From Coleofasciculus chthonoplastes F2-STO-03 (GTDB lineage Bacteria; Cyanobacteriota; Cyanobacteriia; Cyanobacteriales; Coleofasciculaceae): a DNA stretch of 64,000 nucleotides. The DNA is taken from assembly GCA_040222015.1 (NCBI GenBank), contig JAVJWO010000046.1, positions 1 through 64,000 on the forward strand, written 5' to 3'. The translations under genes were made by a program, and so were the position numbers. The stretch's first letter is position 1. Each line of letters begins with the position of its first letter. Of this stretch, positions 23,392-33,636 are shown piece after piece. The notes beneath the pieces were generated by a model that saw nothing but the letters and a program-made list of their open reading frames with translations, made no database searches and was not told the origin of the DNA.

Positions 23392-24231
23392 TTGCTTGAC
23401 GCTTCGCGATTACCTACCATGAACAATGAACAAAAATCAATGCATACGTGGCACTGGCAAACGTGGGACAACTTACCGTATCTAACCTGTAGTCTTCTAG
23501 AATCTTGGCATCACGGCTTCTTCACCTCAGCTTTCTCACCCCGTACCCCTGACCAAATTGTAGAAGCCCTACAGCCTGAAGCGAATGTTTATCGGGTGCG
23601 CCAAGTTCATGGGAATACTGTCCTCACACCATCTGAAATTGTGGGTTCAGTCAGTCAAAAGGAGACTCAGACACCGGAAAAACCTGCGGCTGATGGTATC
23701 TTCACTGAACACCCCCAGGAAGCTGTCTGGGTTTGCACGGCTGACTGTACGCCTGTGCTGATTGGAGATGAACAAACGGGACGAGTCGCGGCTATTCATG
23801 CGGGATGGCGAGGAACAGCGGCTCGAATTGTGCCAAATACGATCGCACGATTCCTAGAAACAGGTAGCCGCTTAGACAATCTTAGGGTTGCCATGGGACC
23901 TGCGATCGCGCCAGAAGTGTATCAAGTTTCGGAAACCGTCGCCATAGAAGTCGGTTCTAGCATTATTCCTACGGATAAAACAAATACGTCTGAATCGATT
24001 TTGGCTGAATTACAGCAGCTTCCCCATTCCCCAATTTTTGAAGATCCCCATCCAGGGCGAGTACGGTTAGATGTACGGCGGGTGAACGCTATACAACTCG
24101 AACAACTCGGCTTCCAGGATGAACAAGTCGCGATCGCGCCTCACTGTACCTATCAGCAACCGGAGTATTTCTTCTCCTATCGTCGCACTCAGCAAAAAAA
24201 GGTGCAGTGGTCAGGAATTGTCAGCAAGTAA
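23392..24231 (+). CDS. pgeF: PgeF/YfiH family protein
   Basis: QVHG, TADCTPVL, IHAGWRG, GPAI and FFSYRR motifs; true start may be one of the downstream ATGs. Confidence 0.92.
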   Translation: MLDASRLPTMNNEQKSMHTWHWQTWDNLPYLTCSLLESWHHGFFTSAFSPRTPDQIVEALQPEANVYRVRQVHGNTVLTPSEIVGSVSQKETQTPEKPAADGIFTEHPQEAVWVCTADCTPVLIGDEQTGRVAAIHAGWRGTAARIVPNTIARFLETGSRLDNLRVAMGPAIAPEVYQVSETVAIEVGSSIIPTDKTNTSESILAELQQLPHSPIFEDPHPGRVRLDVRRVNAIQLEQLGFQDEQVAIAPHCTYQQPEYFFSYRRTQQKKVQWSGIVSK

Positions 24232-24254
24232 GACTGTAGGGGCGCATAGACGTG

Positions 24255-24520
24255 CATTGGTGTCAATTTAAGGTAGAAAACCAATGCTGGCAAGGTTTTA
24301 ACCTGTGTCTATCTACTCCTCGACATTTTCCCCCTCATCCCCTAACCCCAACTCCGGACCTGGGGAGAAGGGGGATCGGATTCTCTTACTCCCCTCTTGC
24401 TCCCCTCTCCCATGCAACAAAAGTGAAACATCCTTAGTCCTCCCCCCTCTTGTAGGGGGGAACGAGGGGGGTTGGGAGAGGGGCTGGGGGTGAGGGGTTG
24501 AGCTTAAGTTGACACCAATG
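24255..24520. mobile_element. MITE, 266 bp, 18-bp terminal inverted repeats, 9-bp target duplication
   Basis: CATTGGTGTCAATTTAAG ... CTTAAGTTGACACCAATG (1 mismatch), flanked by ATAGACGTG at 24246-24254 and 24521-24529. Confidence 0.88.
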
Positions 24521-24582
24521 ATAGACGTGCGCCCTTACTAGAAAAAACAAATGACCAATGACCAATGACCAATGACCAATAA

Positions 24583-25395
24583 TTACATGTCCGACGCTGT
24601 CGTTTGACCAATGAACGGTGACAGGTAAGCGACTAACGCCCCTAGCGCAAACGCCAAGACATTCCGGAATAAAGGCAACCATTCAGCCGTCCGAGTGACA
24701 ACTGGACCGATTCCGAAAGCAATGAAGAGAATACCCCACAAGGGAGAAAAGATTAACGCCCATTGCCAAGCCACAAGCTGTCCATCTTTGCGCGGAATCG
24801 CGGCAAATCCCAAAACGACACCACCCACCAAAGAGGTAATCAGGGTGAGAATCCACTGCTCTTGAGGCAAGCCCGGAACAACGTTACATCCACCCTGATT
24901 TAGGCAAGTTTTAACGGTGTTTAATGACTGGACAATTGCCTGGTTTTCACCATTCTCGCGCACAAAGTAGAGATTACCAAAGCGTGTCTGTAACTCTACC
25001 CAAAAGGTACGGGGTAGAAATTGATATAAATCGTCACCCACGTTAAAGCCCAACAGGTTACCGCCTCGTGGGTCAGCAATCAGTAAAACACTTTTATCAT
25101 TGAGTCCCCAGTAATCGCGAACAGCTAAACCGGGTGTACGGTCATATTGGGTGAGTACCCGCAGCTTCCAGCCTGTTTGTGCCTCAAAGGTTTCTATGTC
25201 TTGAATTAAGGCTTCTTCCTGAAGCTGGGGGAGCAGGTTCGCCAAGTCAATAATGGGCGTCTGGGTTTTCGGGAGTAGATCCGGGTTGTTATAAGCCTGA
25301 GCGGATGGTGCGATCGCCCAAACAGAGCCAGCCAGACAAAACGCTACCAAGATTACCAAAAATCGTTTAAAAAGATCCAGCATTGCGATACACAA
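24583..25395 (-). CDS. TPM-domain membrane protein
   Basis: Signal-like N-terminus, IIDLANLL...FEAQTGWKLRVLTQ TPM-like segment, three C-terminal TM helices. Confidence 0.8.
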   Translation of the reverse strand: MCIAMLDLFKRFLVILVAFCLAGSVWAIAPSAQAYNNPDLLPKTQTPIIDLANLLPQLQEEALIQDIETFEAQTGWKLRVLTQYDRTPGLAVRDYWGLNDKSVLLIADPRGGNLLGFNVGDDLYQFLPRTFWVELQTRFGNLYFVRENGENQAIVQSLNTVKTCLNQGGCNVVPGLPQEQWILTLITSLVGGVVLGFAAIPRKDGQLVAWQWALIFSPLWGILFIAFGIGPVVTRTAEWLPLFRNVLAFALGALVAYLSPFIGQTTASDM

Positions 25396-25515
25396 AACAA
25401 TGGACAGGGGTGAAATATTTTAAGCGGGAGATAAGATCAGGTTAAGGTACAAGTTTCTTTACACTTGTTTACTTTACTCTAATATTTGGGATTTGTCATT
25501 TGTCAGGGAACAGGG

Positions 25516-25740
25516 AATAGGCAATAGGCAATAGGCAATAGGCAATAGGCAATAGGCAATGGGTAAGGTAGAGTTTTGAGTTAACTTCCTCATCTCCCCC
25601 AGCTCCCCCAGCTCCCTCTGCTCCCTCATCTCCCCCAGCTCCCTCTGCTCCCTCATCTCCCCCAGCTCCCTCTGCTCCCTCATCTCCCCCAGCTCCCTCT
25701 GCTCCCTCATCTCCCCCAGCTCCCTCTGCTCCCCCATCTC
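25516..25740. repeat. Heptamer (CAATAGG)n followed by a 27-bp tandem repeat (CTCCCTCATCTCCCCCAGCTCCCTCTG)n
   Basis: Directly visible intergenic tandem repeats. Confidence 0.9.
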
Positions 25741-26263
25741 ACCCATCGTCCCCTTGCCGAGAAACAGGAGCATTATCCTGAATCTCCTCATATCGCTCAT
25801 ACTCCTGTTCAACCGTATCCGGATCTGTATCCTGTTGTTGCAAATCAAGAGCTTTGCGCTCAGAGGGGGGTAAACGATCAAGGGAATGACGACTCGCCCC
25901 AGGGTTTCTCCAGGTTTTCCAAGCCGCTTTCACACCCGCAACAACGCTACGACTGCTGACTTGGGCTTGTTTCGCCTGATTTTTCGCACCTTTGATACTT
26001 TGATCAACTTGTTGCACGACTTGACCGGCGCTTTTAACGCCCTCATTCATATCGTTGCTCAAGTCACTAATTTCTAAACCCGTCAGACGAATAGACTCTA
26101 AAGTAGGCGGTAATTCTCGCCGCAGCGTATCTGCCAACTTTTCCACACTACGGGCTGCCCGTGCTAATTCTTGGAGCGCGGGTAATGCTGCCACTAAAAC
26201 AGCCGTTAAGCTAACCGCTACTAATAAAATGGAGAGTCCGAGCCAAAATAGAGGATCAATCAC
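25739..26263 (-). CDS. DUF948-like membrane-anchored coiled-coil protein
   Basis: N-terminal TM helix, ELPPTLESIRLTGLEISDL segment, adjacent to a YtxH-like gene. Confidence 0.75.
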   Translation of the reverse strand: MIDPLFWLGLSILLVAVSLTAVLVAALPALQELARAARSVEKLADTLRRELPPTLESIRLTGLEISDLSNDMNEGVKSAGQVVQQVDQSIKGAKNQAKQAQVSSRSVVAGVKAAWKTWRNPGASRHSLDRLPPSERKALDLQQQDTDPDTVEQEYERYEEIQDNAPVSRQGDDG

Positions 26264-26274
26264 CGACAGGTTGC

Positions 26275-26628
26275 CTACACTTGATGATCAGAAACGGACG
26301 CAGGAGATTCAGTCGCCACGTCAGATTGAGTCGAGTTTAGTTCGTCTCGTGTTCTGGCGGAAGCCTCTTGTCCCGCCGCGATCGCGTCTCGTAGTCGGGT
26401 CAAGGTTCCATCCCAGTTGCGTAGGGCTGATTCGGAAAGGCGATCAGCTTGTAGTTGTACAGTCGTTGATAGATCTTCGGCTAAATCAGGTAGAGCATCT
26501 GTAGATTTTTTCAACAACCGTCGCGTATCCCGCCCTGAACGCGGGGCAATCAGCAATCCGGTGAGAGTGCCAATAGCCCCTCCGACAAGTAAACCCCCAA
26601 TAAATACTCCAGCACTCTTTTTTGACAT
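26275..26628 (-). CDS. YtxH domain protein
   Basis: FIGGLLVGGAIGTLTGLLIAPRSGRDTR signature. Confidence 0.88.
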   Translation of the reverse strand: MSKKSAGVFIGGLLVGGAIGTLTGLLIAPRSGRDTRRLLKKSTDALPDLAEDLSTTVQLQADRLSESALRNWDGTLTRLRDAIAAGQEASARTRDELNSTQSDVATESPASVSDHQV

Positions 26629-26837
26629 CGTTTGGTCTCTATCCTTACGCCAATTTTAGGCAGATTTGCCCAGAGAATTTGATGAGAAATCCGTGAAGAC
26701 TCTGCTCAAGAACGCCAATGTCAGCCAGCTTGTGTTCTCGATAGCTACCTTTTAACATAATAGGGGGCAATTGGCTTGACTTCTCCTGGGCATAAATGAC
26801 CGAGGATTCTAAAAGGATACTCCGGAACGGGTAAGGT

Positions 26838-27173
26838 TCAGAGTTGGGAGCGTTTGGCAGGCGATCGCTTTCCCCGACGACGTCGCCTAGACTGATATGT
26901 CTTTTGGATAAAGCCCAACACCATTAAGACTCGCTGTACTCGTTGTAACTGAAACTCTAAATGCTGATAGCGTTTTTTTAATCCGTGGACACCGATTTGT
27001 CCTTTGGAGATGGCTTGAGGAGCGCCATGTAAAACCCTATAGGTACTGCGTTCAGCCCGGGCAACAATATCAGCCGCCGCCCCGATAACCCGTCGTAACT
27101 TCCAAATCCGCCACGCCAGATAAAAACCAAACAGCGATATCAGCAGATTTAAAATGACAACAACAGTTAACAT
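26838..27173 (-). CDS. Hypothetical membrane-anchored protein
   Basis: 111-aa ORF, N-terminal TM helix, basic tail. Confidence 0.7.
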   Translation of the reverse strand: MLTVVVILNLLISLFGFYLAWRIWKLRRVIGAAADIVARAERSTYRVLHGAPQAISKGQIGVHGLKKRYQHLEFQLQRVQRVLMVLGFIQKTYQSRRRRRGKRSPAKRSQL

Positions 27174-27290
27174 GTTTAAGGATCGGACAACGAACTGATA
27201 GCATCGATATCAAATAGATGCACAATGGAATAATTATAGGAGACTAACTGTTCCTGCCTTAATTAATTTATGTAGAATCAGCTTTTAGGA

Positions 27291-27338
27291 ATGCCAGGAG
27301 GCGGACTTGAACCGCCGACACGGGGATTTTCAGTCCCC
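27291..27338 (-). repeat. att site: duplicated 3' part of tRNA-Phe
   Basis: ATGCCAGGAGGCGGACTTGAACCGCCGACACGGGGATTTTCAGTCCCC, identical to 43757-43804. Confidence 0.97.
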
Positions 27339-27430
27339 AACATGACAAGCATAGCATGCAACACGCACTCAAGACAAAACTACATGCCAGGCGTGTATGT
27401 GATAACATCTCATTTTAGTGATAAAATAAC

Positions 27431-27760
27431 ATGCCAGAGCCAACAGTTCCGCAAGTATTCGGTTCAAACGCAAATCAAACAGATTTAATTTTGGAAATTA
27501 AAAAAGCAGATTTAGCAACCGTTGGATTGACCCCAAACGCTAACAATACTGCTGAATCTATGTTTGTGGCTTTACTGCTTTTGAATAGGCAACATTTAAA
27601 TACTGACAATCAAGCAAATGATTCAGATATTCAGATTACAATTCAGGATGGACCGGAAAGCCTAGTGGAGCGGAATGGTACTACGTACCGCCAAAGATTA
27701 TTCTATATTTATTTAGATACCCCAGACTCGCCCGCTACACTTGATCCAAATCAATTCTAA
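27431..27760 (+). CDS. Element hypothetical protein (paralog of the 28527-29003 product)
   Basis: 109 aa, first gene of the coupled operon, GLTPNANNTAES motif. Confidence 0.8.
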   Translation: MPEPTVPQVFGSNANQTDLILEIKKADLATVGLTPNANNTAESMFVALLLLNRQHLNTDNQANDSDIQITIQDGPESLVERNGTTYRQRLFYIYLDTPDSPATLDPNQF

Positions 27761-28527
27761 TGATTGCAACTATTGACCAGAAAAACTTAGTTTCCCTGAC
27801 TCAAGATTTGCTCGTTGACGAAATAAAACTAGCAGCGGCTAAAACTAGCTTGGGAATTCCATTTGATGAGTACACATCGGGAACGGATAAGTACTTAGTA
27901 TTCGAGGTTGTCCAAGACGCCAATGCTGCTTTTGGCAAAATTTACCACCATTGGCAAATACGATTTGACTTACGAATTTATTCTCGCCTCTATTCTGATT
28001 GGGTAGCAGCCAACAAAACCGGACTTGATGACAGCGGTTCTTTTTACCATGACACTCTTAATAATACCGATCCAGTTACACTTTTAACTGTAAATGGGGG
28101 GAGCGAATACCAATTTATTATTTTTTCTCAGGGTAGCATTTTGGTGGTTCTGGGTGGAGTTTACCCAGCAAAAAAACCGGACTGGTGGGATTTATCTAGC
28201 TGGAATTATTATTTTACTCCTGATTACAACGACTATCGACGATTTCGATCAACAGCAAAAAATCCTTTTTCAAATCAATATCATGATGTTTCCTTGAAAA
28301 ATTCCCGAATGGAAACCGCAAATATACACACGGGGCGACGCGATATCCTTCAGGGGATATTATTTTTTACGCAATCGAATCAAGGAATAAGTGGGAAATC
28401 TTCTGATGATTTGGTGAGTTGTTCCGCTGCTGGATCATCCTTAGGGGATGTGATAGAAGTGGTGACGGGGGAACGTTATTTGGTTTTAGACAAAAGTGCT
28501 GGAGGATTGGGAGTTCGTATTGCTTAA
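27760..28527 (+). CDS. Element hypothetical protein, possibly structural
   Basis: 255 aa, aromatic and beta-rich composition, TAATG coupling at both ends. Confidence 0.75.
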   Translation: MIATIDQKNLVSLTQDLLVDEIKLAAAKTSLGIPFDEYTSGTDKYLVFEVVQDANAAFGKIYHHWQIRFDLRIYSRLYSDWVAANKTGLDDSGSFYHDTLNNTDPVTLLTVNGGSEYQFIIFSQGSILVVLGGVYPAKKPDWWDLSSWNYYFTPDYNDYRRFRSTAKNPFSNQYHDVSLKNSRMETANIHTGRRDILQGILFFTQSNQGISGKSSDDLVSCSAAGSSLGDVIEVVTGERYLVLDKSAGGLGVRIA

Positions 28528-29003
28528 TGAATTATACAAGCTCAACTGTTATAAGTGGAAAGCTCAGGCTTATTTCAAGTCTGACCATTAATTCCAGCGT
28601 AAATAGCGGGAAGTATCAAAGTGCCGGAAGGTTAACTGTACAGCTTGCTTTTGTGCAATATGATAGTTTATTTGCCCGTTTATTTGGAATGCAAAGTTGG
28701 CAAGATGGAGACAGTCTATATATTGTAAAATCTGGCTTACCCGGAATAACTCCAGCCGCTAGTAACACGGCTGAATCGTTGCTAGTTTCGTTGTTGATAA
28801 AAGCTTTCTTGGCTGAAAGTAGCGACCTAGGGACATTTTTATTTATAAGCACAGAAGAGGTGAATTTTTTGCAAAGAGCGGGGCGGAAGTGGCGAAGACA
28901 AGCAATCTCAGTGAGGTTCAGAAAAAGGACGGAAGCTATTAATTATAGTTTTCTAGACGCTAGTAAGTTAATCGAGCCAAACGATTATGAGTTATTGCAA
29001 TAA
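28527..29003 (+). CDS. Element hypothetical protein (paralog of the 27431-27760 product)
   Basis: Start reassigned to the ATG in the TAATG overlap (MNYTSS...), GITPAASNTAES motif. Confidence 0.75.
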   Translation: MNYTSSTVISGKLRLISSLTINSSVNSGKYQSAGRLTVQLAFVQYDSLFARLFGMQSWQDGDSLYIVKSGLPGITPAASNTAESLLVSLLIKAFLAESSDLGTFLFISTEEVNFLQRAGRKWRRQAISVRFRKRTEAINYSFLDASKLIEPNDYELLQ

Positions 29004-29607
29004 TAGTGTTAAAGCCTTGGTTACCTATACCTTTAAGGGGGAAAGTAATTCAAAAAAAAGATTTGAAACAAAAAAAACACCAATAGAAGTAGAGGCGGGA
29101 TCTAAGCCAATTCCAGCAGGCGAAAATTATAATGCAGAAGGATTTGAAATTTATTTTTATAGCCCCAATAATAGAAGATGGATACGAAGTATAGTTCAAG
29201 ACTATTTGATTTACCCTATTTCATCCCCTGGACGTTATTCACAGTATAACTATGCAGGTATTGCTATGTGGGGCTGCGGACAAAGTGATTTTCAAAGAGT
29301 TTCAGATGGAACTGTTGTCGGACCTGGAATTGATGTTGACTCTTTACAAATAGACACATCAGTAAAATGTCCTGTACCACCTGTACCAATGGAAAGCATT
29401 TGTCATTTGAAGGTATTGCACCAAGGGATAGTGATTCATCAAGACCAAGGAGAATGCCCGGTTAACTGGACAATTGATTGTGATCCATGCCCACCTAATA
29501 CAATTCGTTGTGTTGAAGGGGGGAAAGTAAGGTGTGTACCGTGTTCTGAGCTTTTAAATCCGCTTAAGCAAATAACATCAAAACTGAAACAGATTAATAA
29601 TGGCTGA
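28987..29607 (+). CDS. Cys-rich element protein
   Basis: 206 aa, C-terminal [19 protein letters not shown]...RCVPCSEL cluster. Confidence 0.75.
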   Translation: MSYCNNSVKALVTYTFKGESNSKKRFETKKTPIEVEAGSKPIPAGENYNAEGFEIYFYSPNNRRWIRSIVQDYLIYPISSPGRYSQYNYAGIAMWGCGQSDFQRVSDGTVVGPGIDVDSLQIDTSVKCPVPPVPMESICHLKVLHQGIVIHQDQGECPVNWTIDCDPCPPNTIRCVEGGKVRCVPCSELLNPLKQITSKLKQINNG

Positions 29608-31372
29608 TTGTTGTGCAGAATTGAAAAGAGAGATAGCAGCCTTAAAAGGGGAGGTAGCTAAACTTGATGGTAAATTTTTAAAAAAAAGTGAGAGGGGGGG
29701 GATCGTCAAGGACGGCGGAAACTTGGGGAAAAAACTAACCCTCCCACTTGTGGGGGGAATGATCGCGACTCAAGTTAGCCCGGTTAACGCAAAAGCGATC
29801 GCGGCGTTGGAAAAAGCTTTTGCTGCCAGCAGTGCGGCTGGTGCAGCACAAGCAACAGCAGGCAGCGCGTTGGCTAAAATTGGAGCCCTTGTCGCTAAGG
29901 TCGCGGGTTTAGCCGCTGCTATTGCCGGGTTAATCGCTAGTATTGCTGCATTAAAAATTCTTGGCTCTCGAATTGATGCTTTAGAGCGGCGAATTAATTC
30001 CTTAGACTCCGCGATAAGTAAAATTTACAGTTCGATCACGCCAATAAAATCAACGGCTCAACGTGCGTTAGAAACGGCTCGCCAAGCTTTGACCAGGGCA
30101 TTGAAGCCAGGACCTAAAGGTGAGCCGGGGAAAGACGGTAAACCCGGAGTTGATGGTAAACCTGGACCAGCAGGTAAACCTGGACCAGCAGGTACGCCTG
30201 GAAAAGATGGTAAACCTGGATATCCTGGTGAGCCAGGACCAATTGGTAAACCTGGACCAGCAGGTAAACCAGGGGTGGACGGTAAACCTGGACCAGCAGG
30301 AAAAAATGGAAAGGACGGAAAGGACGTGGACGAGAACAGACAAAGGCTAATGGAACAAATGCTTCGGGAAATTCGAGGAAATACAAATTTAATTCCACCA
30401 ATCCCAGCATTAATCAACAAAAATTCTCCATCTGGCGAATTATTTAAGCAGGGCGTGAGTGAAGGCTTTTGTCGAACAACCAAGCCTGGTGGATGTATGA
30501 CCAAAGCATTGAATCCAATCAATAATGGAATTGGGCAAAATGCTAACAAATTGAATGGATTGAATGCTCTGCTTAACGGAGTCCATTTGGGATTCTTAAA
30601 AAGAATCGACAATAAACTTGGCGCACAAATTAAGGGTGGAATTGGCGGGAAGTTAACTAAAATAGGAGAATGGCTGAGAATTCCCCAAGCCTTGAATATT
30701 CTTACTTATATAAATACGCTTGTACAGCTAGCGCATGTAACAAGCGGCTTAGGGCAAATTCTTGGAGAAGCCACAAGTACAGGTCTTGCTGTCCTTGGAT
30801 TCAAAGATGAAAATGGAAGCCAGCTGGACATCAACCAAATTCTTGGTAAACAAGTTTCAGATTTGGCTAGACAAATTCTAGGAAATGATGTCTACGCCGA
30901 CATCTCTACAAAGTGGAAGGCGGCGAACCGTATTTATCAGGCTAGTGCTAATGTTGCAGGAATTGTTACAAATTTAAATAACGATATACTCAATGGCATT
31001 GAGCTTGTCGGTGAGAACACAGGAAAAATTGGGAATTCTTTAAAACGAGCCAGGGTGGTGGCTGAAACGGATTTTAATTGGATGCCGGAACGGGTAAACA
31101 GGGGGACTCTGTTATTTCAGCGGATTGAGAACTTAGATGAAACTGCTAACACTTTGCAGCAAATTTTTCAGGTTCCACTTGATATACAAGAAAGACGCCT
31201 TGAGTTGAGAGAAGCAAATTTAGAATTTGAGAAGACTTTAAAAGAGGAGCTCCCTCGGTTACGCGAAGATAATCAGCCAGTCAAAGAAGCGGTAGAGGCT
31301 GCCAAGACAACTTCTAGAATCGCACTTGACAATATTGGAGAAACTAACACAGAGTCAGGTGATCTTATATAA
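29600..31372 (+). CDS. Collagen-like fibre/spike protein
   Basis: 24 uninterrupted Gly-X-Y triplets (30110-30325), preceded by an Ala-rich hydrophobic helix and coiled coil. Confidence 0.85.
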   Translation: MADCCAELKREIAALKGEVAKLDGKFLKKSERGGIVKDGGNLGKKLTLPLVGGMIATQVSPVNAKAIAALEKAFAASSAAGAAQATAGSALAKIGALVAKVAGLAAAIAGLIASIAALKILGSRIDALERRINSLDSAISKIYSSITPIKSTAQRALETARQALTRALKPGPKGEPGKDGKPGVDGKPGPAGKPGPAGTPGKDGKPGYPGEPGPIGKPGPAGKPGVDGKPGPAGKNGKDGKDVDENRQRLMEQMLREIRGNTNLIPPIPALINKNSPSGELFKQGVSEGFCRTTKPGGCMTKALNPINNGIGQNANKLNGLNALLNGVHLGFLKRIDNKLGAQIKGGIGGKLTKIGEWLRIPQALNILTYINTLVQLAHVTSGLGQILGEATSTGLAVLGFKDENGSQLDINQILGKQVSDLARQILGNDVYADISTKWKAANRIYQASANVAGIVTNLNNDILNGIELVGENTGKIGNSLKRARVVAETDFNWMPERVNRGTLLFQRIENLDETANTLQQIFQVPLDIQERRLELREANLEFEKTLKEELPRLREDNQPVKEAVEAAKTTSRIALDNIGETNTESGDLI

Positions 31373-32196
31373 TGGTGTTACCATCAAATTTTTCGCCAGC
31401 AGAACACTTACAGGATTTAATCCGGAAAGTATGGAACAAAAAAGTACGAGAGCATTTTAAGGACCTTGGTGGTGCAGAATGGGAGCCTGACCTTAATTCC
31501 AGTCGAGCGCAGTACAGGGTTGGCTGCACTCATTTAGAAAATGACACGACAGTCATGACTCAGTTGCGAATTGAATTATTAAAGGATATTAAAAGTAGCT
31601 CGGTTGGAAATTATCAATATGTTTTTGGAGTGCCTAAAGACAAGCTTGATGGCGAGGTCGCTTATGTTCCACAGGTAACGCTGTATTTCTGCCAAAAATC
31701 AATAGATGTCGAACCCGGAAAGCATTTTAAAGAAGGGGAAATTACGTTCAGGTGGGTTGAAGAAACAGAAGAATCGATTACATCGGCAAAAATAGAGAAT
31801 TTGGCAAATAAGATTAAATTGAAATTTACCAATCCCACTTATAGGTGGAGTAAGGGGAAAACTTATTATTATTACTATGACAAGCAAAAAGGATATGATT
31901 TTAGGTTGCTGGCGAGAAATATTACAGAAGCCAAACGCATAATTGCAGACACTTTGGATCTGAGAAATGATACTCCCGACTGGAAAAATCACTTGAGATT
32001 TACTGAGGTAGAGAATCCCAGGGAAACTTTTCCGGAGAATGCGGGGACAAAAACAGTCTTGTCAAAATCCAGGAAAAAACCTGTACGGCGTCCAGAGGTT
32101 GACGTTTATTTTCGTTATGCCCTAATCAACATTCCATTGGTCGCAACCATTACGCTTGTCGATCTAACTGGAACCCGTTCTCGTCCAGTTGTTTAA
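31372..32196 (+). CDS. Element hypothetical protein
   Basis: 274 aa, TAATG coupling to the collagen gene. Confidence 0.8.
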   Translation: MVLPSNFSPAEHLQDLIRKVWNKKVREHFKDLGGAEWEPDLNSSRAQYRVGCTHLENDTTVMTQLRIELLKDIKSSSVGNYQYVFGVPKDKLDGEVAYVPQVTLYFCQKSIDVEPGKHFKEGEITFRWVEETEESITSAKIENLANKIKLKFTNPTYRWSKGKTYYYYYDKQKGYDFRLLARNITEAKRIIADTLDLRNDTPDWKNHLRFTEVENPRETFPENAGTKTVLSKSRKKPVRRPEVDVYFRYALINIPLVATITLVDLTGTRSRPVV

Positions 32197-32294
32197 TTGG
32201 GGACAATTTCAATCGGTTCACCATAGTAAACCGACCGCAAAAAACAATAAATTGCGGTGCTATGCTGGAAAAACGACGCACAATTTATTGAATT

Positions 32295-32885
32295 ATGGCA
32301 AGAAGACTATCAAGCTGGATACTTGAACGACGTCTAGAGCAGACTCGTGCCCGCGAACAATATTTGACGAACAAAAACAAGCAAGACGAAACTTTTAACG
32401 GTAATGTTGAAGCTCGACCACTTGTCCGAGTGGGTTACCGGAGTTTATTGCAGCTCATTGGGGCGACTCCAGCACCGGCGATGGTCGCCATTCAAGCGTC
32501 GGAATCAGCTTGCAAATGGTATGAGGGACTTGGCACAACCGGGACGCTGGGAGCTACCCATACAAAGCTTGGCTTAACTTACGGAGATTTAGCGGACTTC
32601 TTAGAAGTTGATAAATTTGACGCCAGTAAGATTATTTCCAAGCTTGGCGGAACCCCCACGGCGGTTCGCACTGCATGGGGATCTAGGTACATTCGATATA
32701 CAAAATCCGGAGAAGGAAATGCAAGGGCTTCGTATACTGCGCCTATCAGCGTTAAAACTGGAGCGGTAACCGTTTCAGCTATAGAGTCCGCAGCTCAAGC
32801 TATAGCAACTGCCGTAGCTACTGATATTGGTAGCAATGGAAGTATTTACTTGGAATTCGAGCAATCTACTAATCGCATTGTTTAA
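32295..32885 (+). CDS. Element protein, candidate major structural protein
   Basis: 196 aa, basic N-terminus, Ala/Gly/Thr-rich, preceded by the only sizeable gap in the operon; function is inference only. Confidence 0.7.
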   Translation: MARRLSSWILERRLEQTRAREQYLTNKNKQDETFNGNVEARPLVRVGYRSLLQLIGATPAPAMVAIQASESACKWYEGLGTTGTLGATHTKLGLTYGDLADFLEVDKFDASKIISKLGGTPTAVRTAWGSRYIRYTKSGEGNARASYTAPISVKTGAVTVSAIESAAQAIATAVATDIGSNGSIYLEFEQSTNRIV

Positions 32886-33115
32886 TGATCGAAATTGATC
32901 CAATTCACAAGCTAATTAGCATTCCTGCTATTTGGGTTCCTGACCCAGATGTACAAATGCAGGAAATTGTCAATATGATTGAGCGATCAAGGGTCGCTCA
33001 ATCATTCCTTAGAGGGGAAATTTCCTTCGATGACTACTTGTGCTTTCTTGCAGAACAAGGATTTGACCCGTTGGAATTTTATGCTATTTGGAATGCTGGA
33101 GGGACGTTTCTATGA
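32885..33115 (+). CDS. Small acidic element protein
   Basis: 76 aa, TAATG and ATGA coupling on both sides. Confidence 0.7.
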   Translation: MIEIDPIHKLISIPAIWVPDPDVQMQEIVNMIERSRVAQSFLRGEISFDDYLCFLAEQGFDPLEFYAIWNAGGTFL

Positions 33116-33636
33116 CTTTGCAGATTAATGTTACTGGTAGTGGCCAATGGGTTCTTGCTTACACAACAGCTAAGCAAGCGCCAGAAGACAGAGTTAAGTT
33201 TCGTAGTCGATATAAGCGACTAATAGATCCATTTGATATCCCTGTAACCTTTGCAAGCCATATAATTGCTATCGGAACAAGATACTTGAAAGCCCCAGCG
33301 ACATGGTACAATGCGGGGCAATTAATTCAGCTCGCAACTGGGGCAACAATTAATGATCCAGATGCTTGGGATGCTGGGTACACAGGAACAGAGCCAATTA
33401 TTGTTAGTCGAAAAAATGTCCGGCTAAATCAATCCTTGGAAATATTTTTCATGCAGCCTGTAGGTTCTGAACTGCAAATCGGTTTCAATCCGCGTCCGTG
33501 GATACCTGAATTCTCTATGGGAATCTATGAATTCATGGGTACTACCCTGGATACTACGGAAGAACTGATAGAAGCGGCTAGGGCGCAATTGACAACTATA
33601 GAAGCAAAAGTTGATGTTATTAATAGCAAGATATAA
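33112..33636 (+). CDS. Element hypothetical protein
   Basis: Start reassigned to the ATGA overlap (MTLQINV...), C-terminal short coiled coil. Confidence 0.75.
   Translation: MTLQINVTGSGQWVLAYTTAKQAPEDRVKFRSRYKRLIDPFDIPVTFASHIIAIGTRYLKAPATWYNAGQLIQLATGATINDPDAWDAGYTGTEPIIVSRKNVRLNQSLEIFFMQPVGSELQIGFNPRPWIPEFSMGIYEFMGTTLDTTEELIEAARAQLTTIEAKVDVINSKI

Noticed and set aside
24252..24682. Several 60-80 aa ORFs
   Set aside because: They lie within the MITE and heptamer repeats
25474..25881. 135-aa ORF with EQRELGEMR repeats, or a CRISPR-like array
   Set aside because: Product of 27-bp and 7-bp tandem repeats with no unique spacers and no cas genes; overlaps the DUF948-like gene
27340..27440. Short ACATGCCAG-like repeats near the left att as integrase arm sites
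   Set aside because: I could not find matching copies at the right end, so support is too weak
27291..27488. 65-aa ORF starting in the att repeat, and a possible second tRNA
   Set aside because: The ORF is a translation of the antisense tRNA fragment; the copy lacks the 5' acceptor strand and D-arm, so it is an att site, not a gene
30058..30612. Antisense ORF with Gly-Pro repeats
   Set aside because: Shadow of the collagen coding strand
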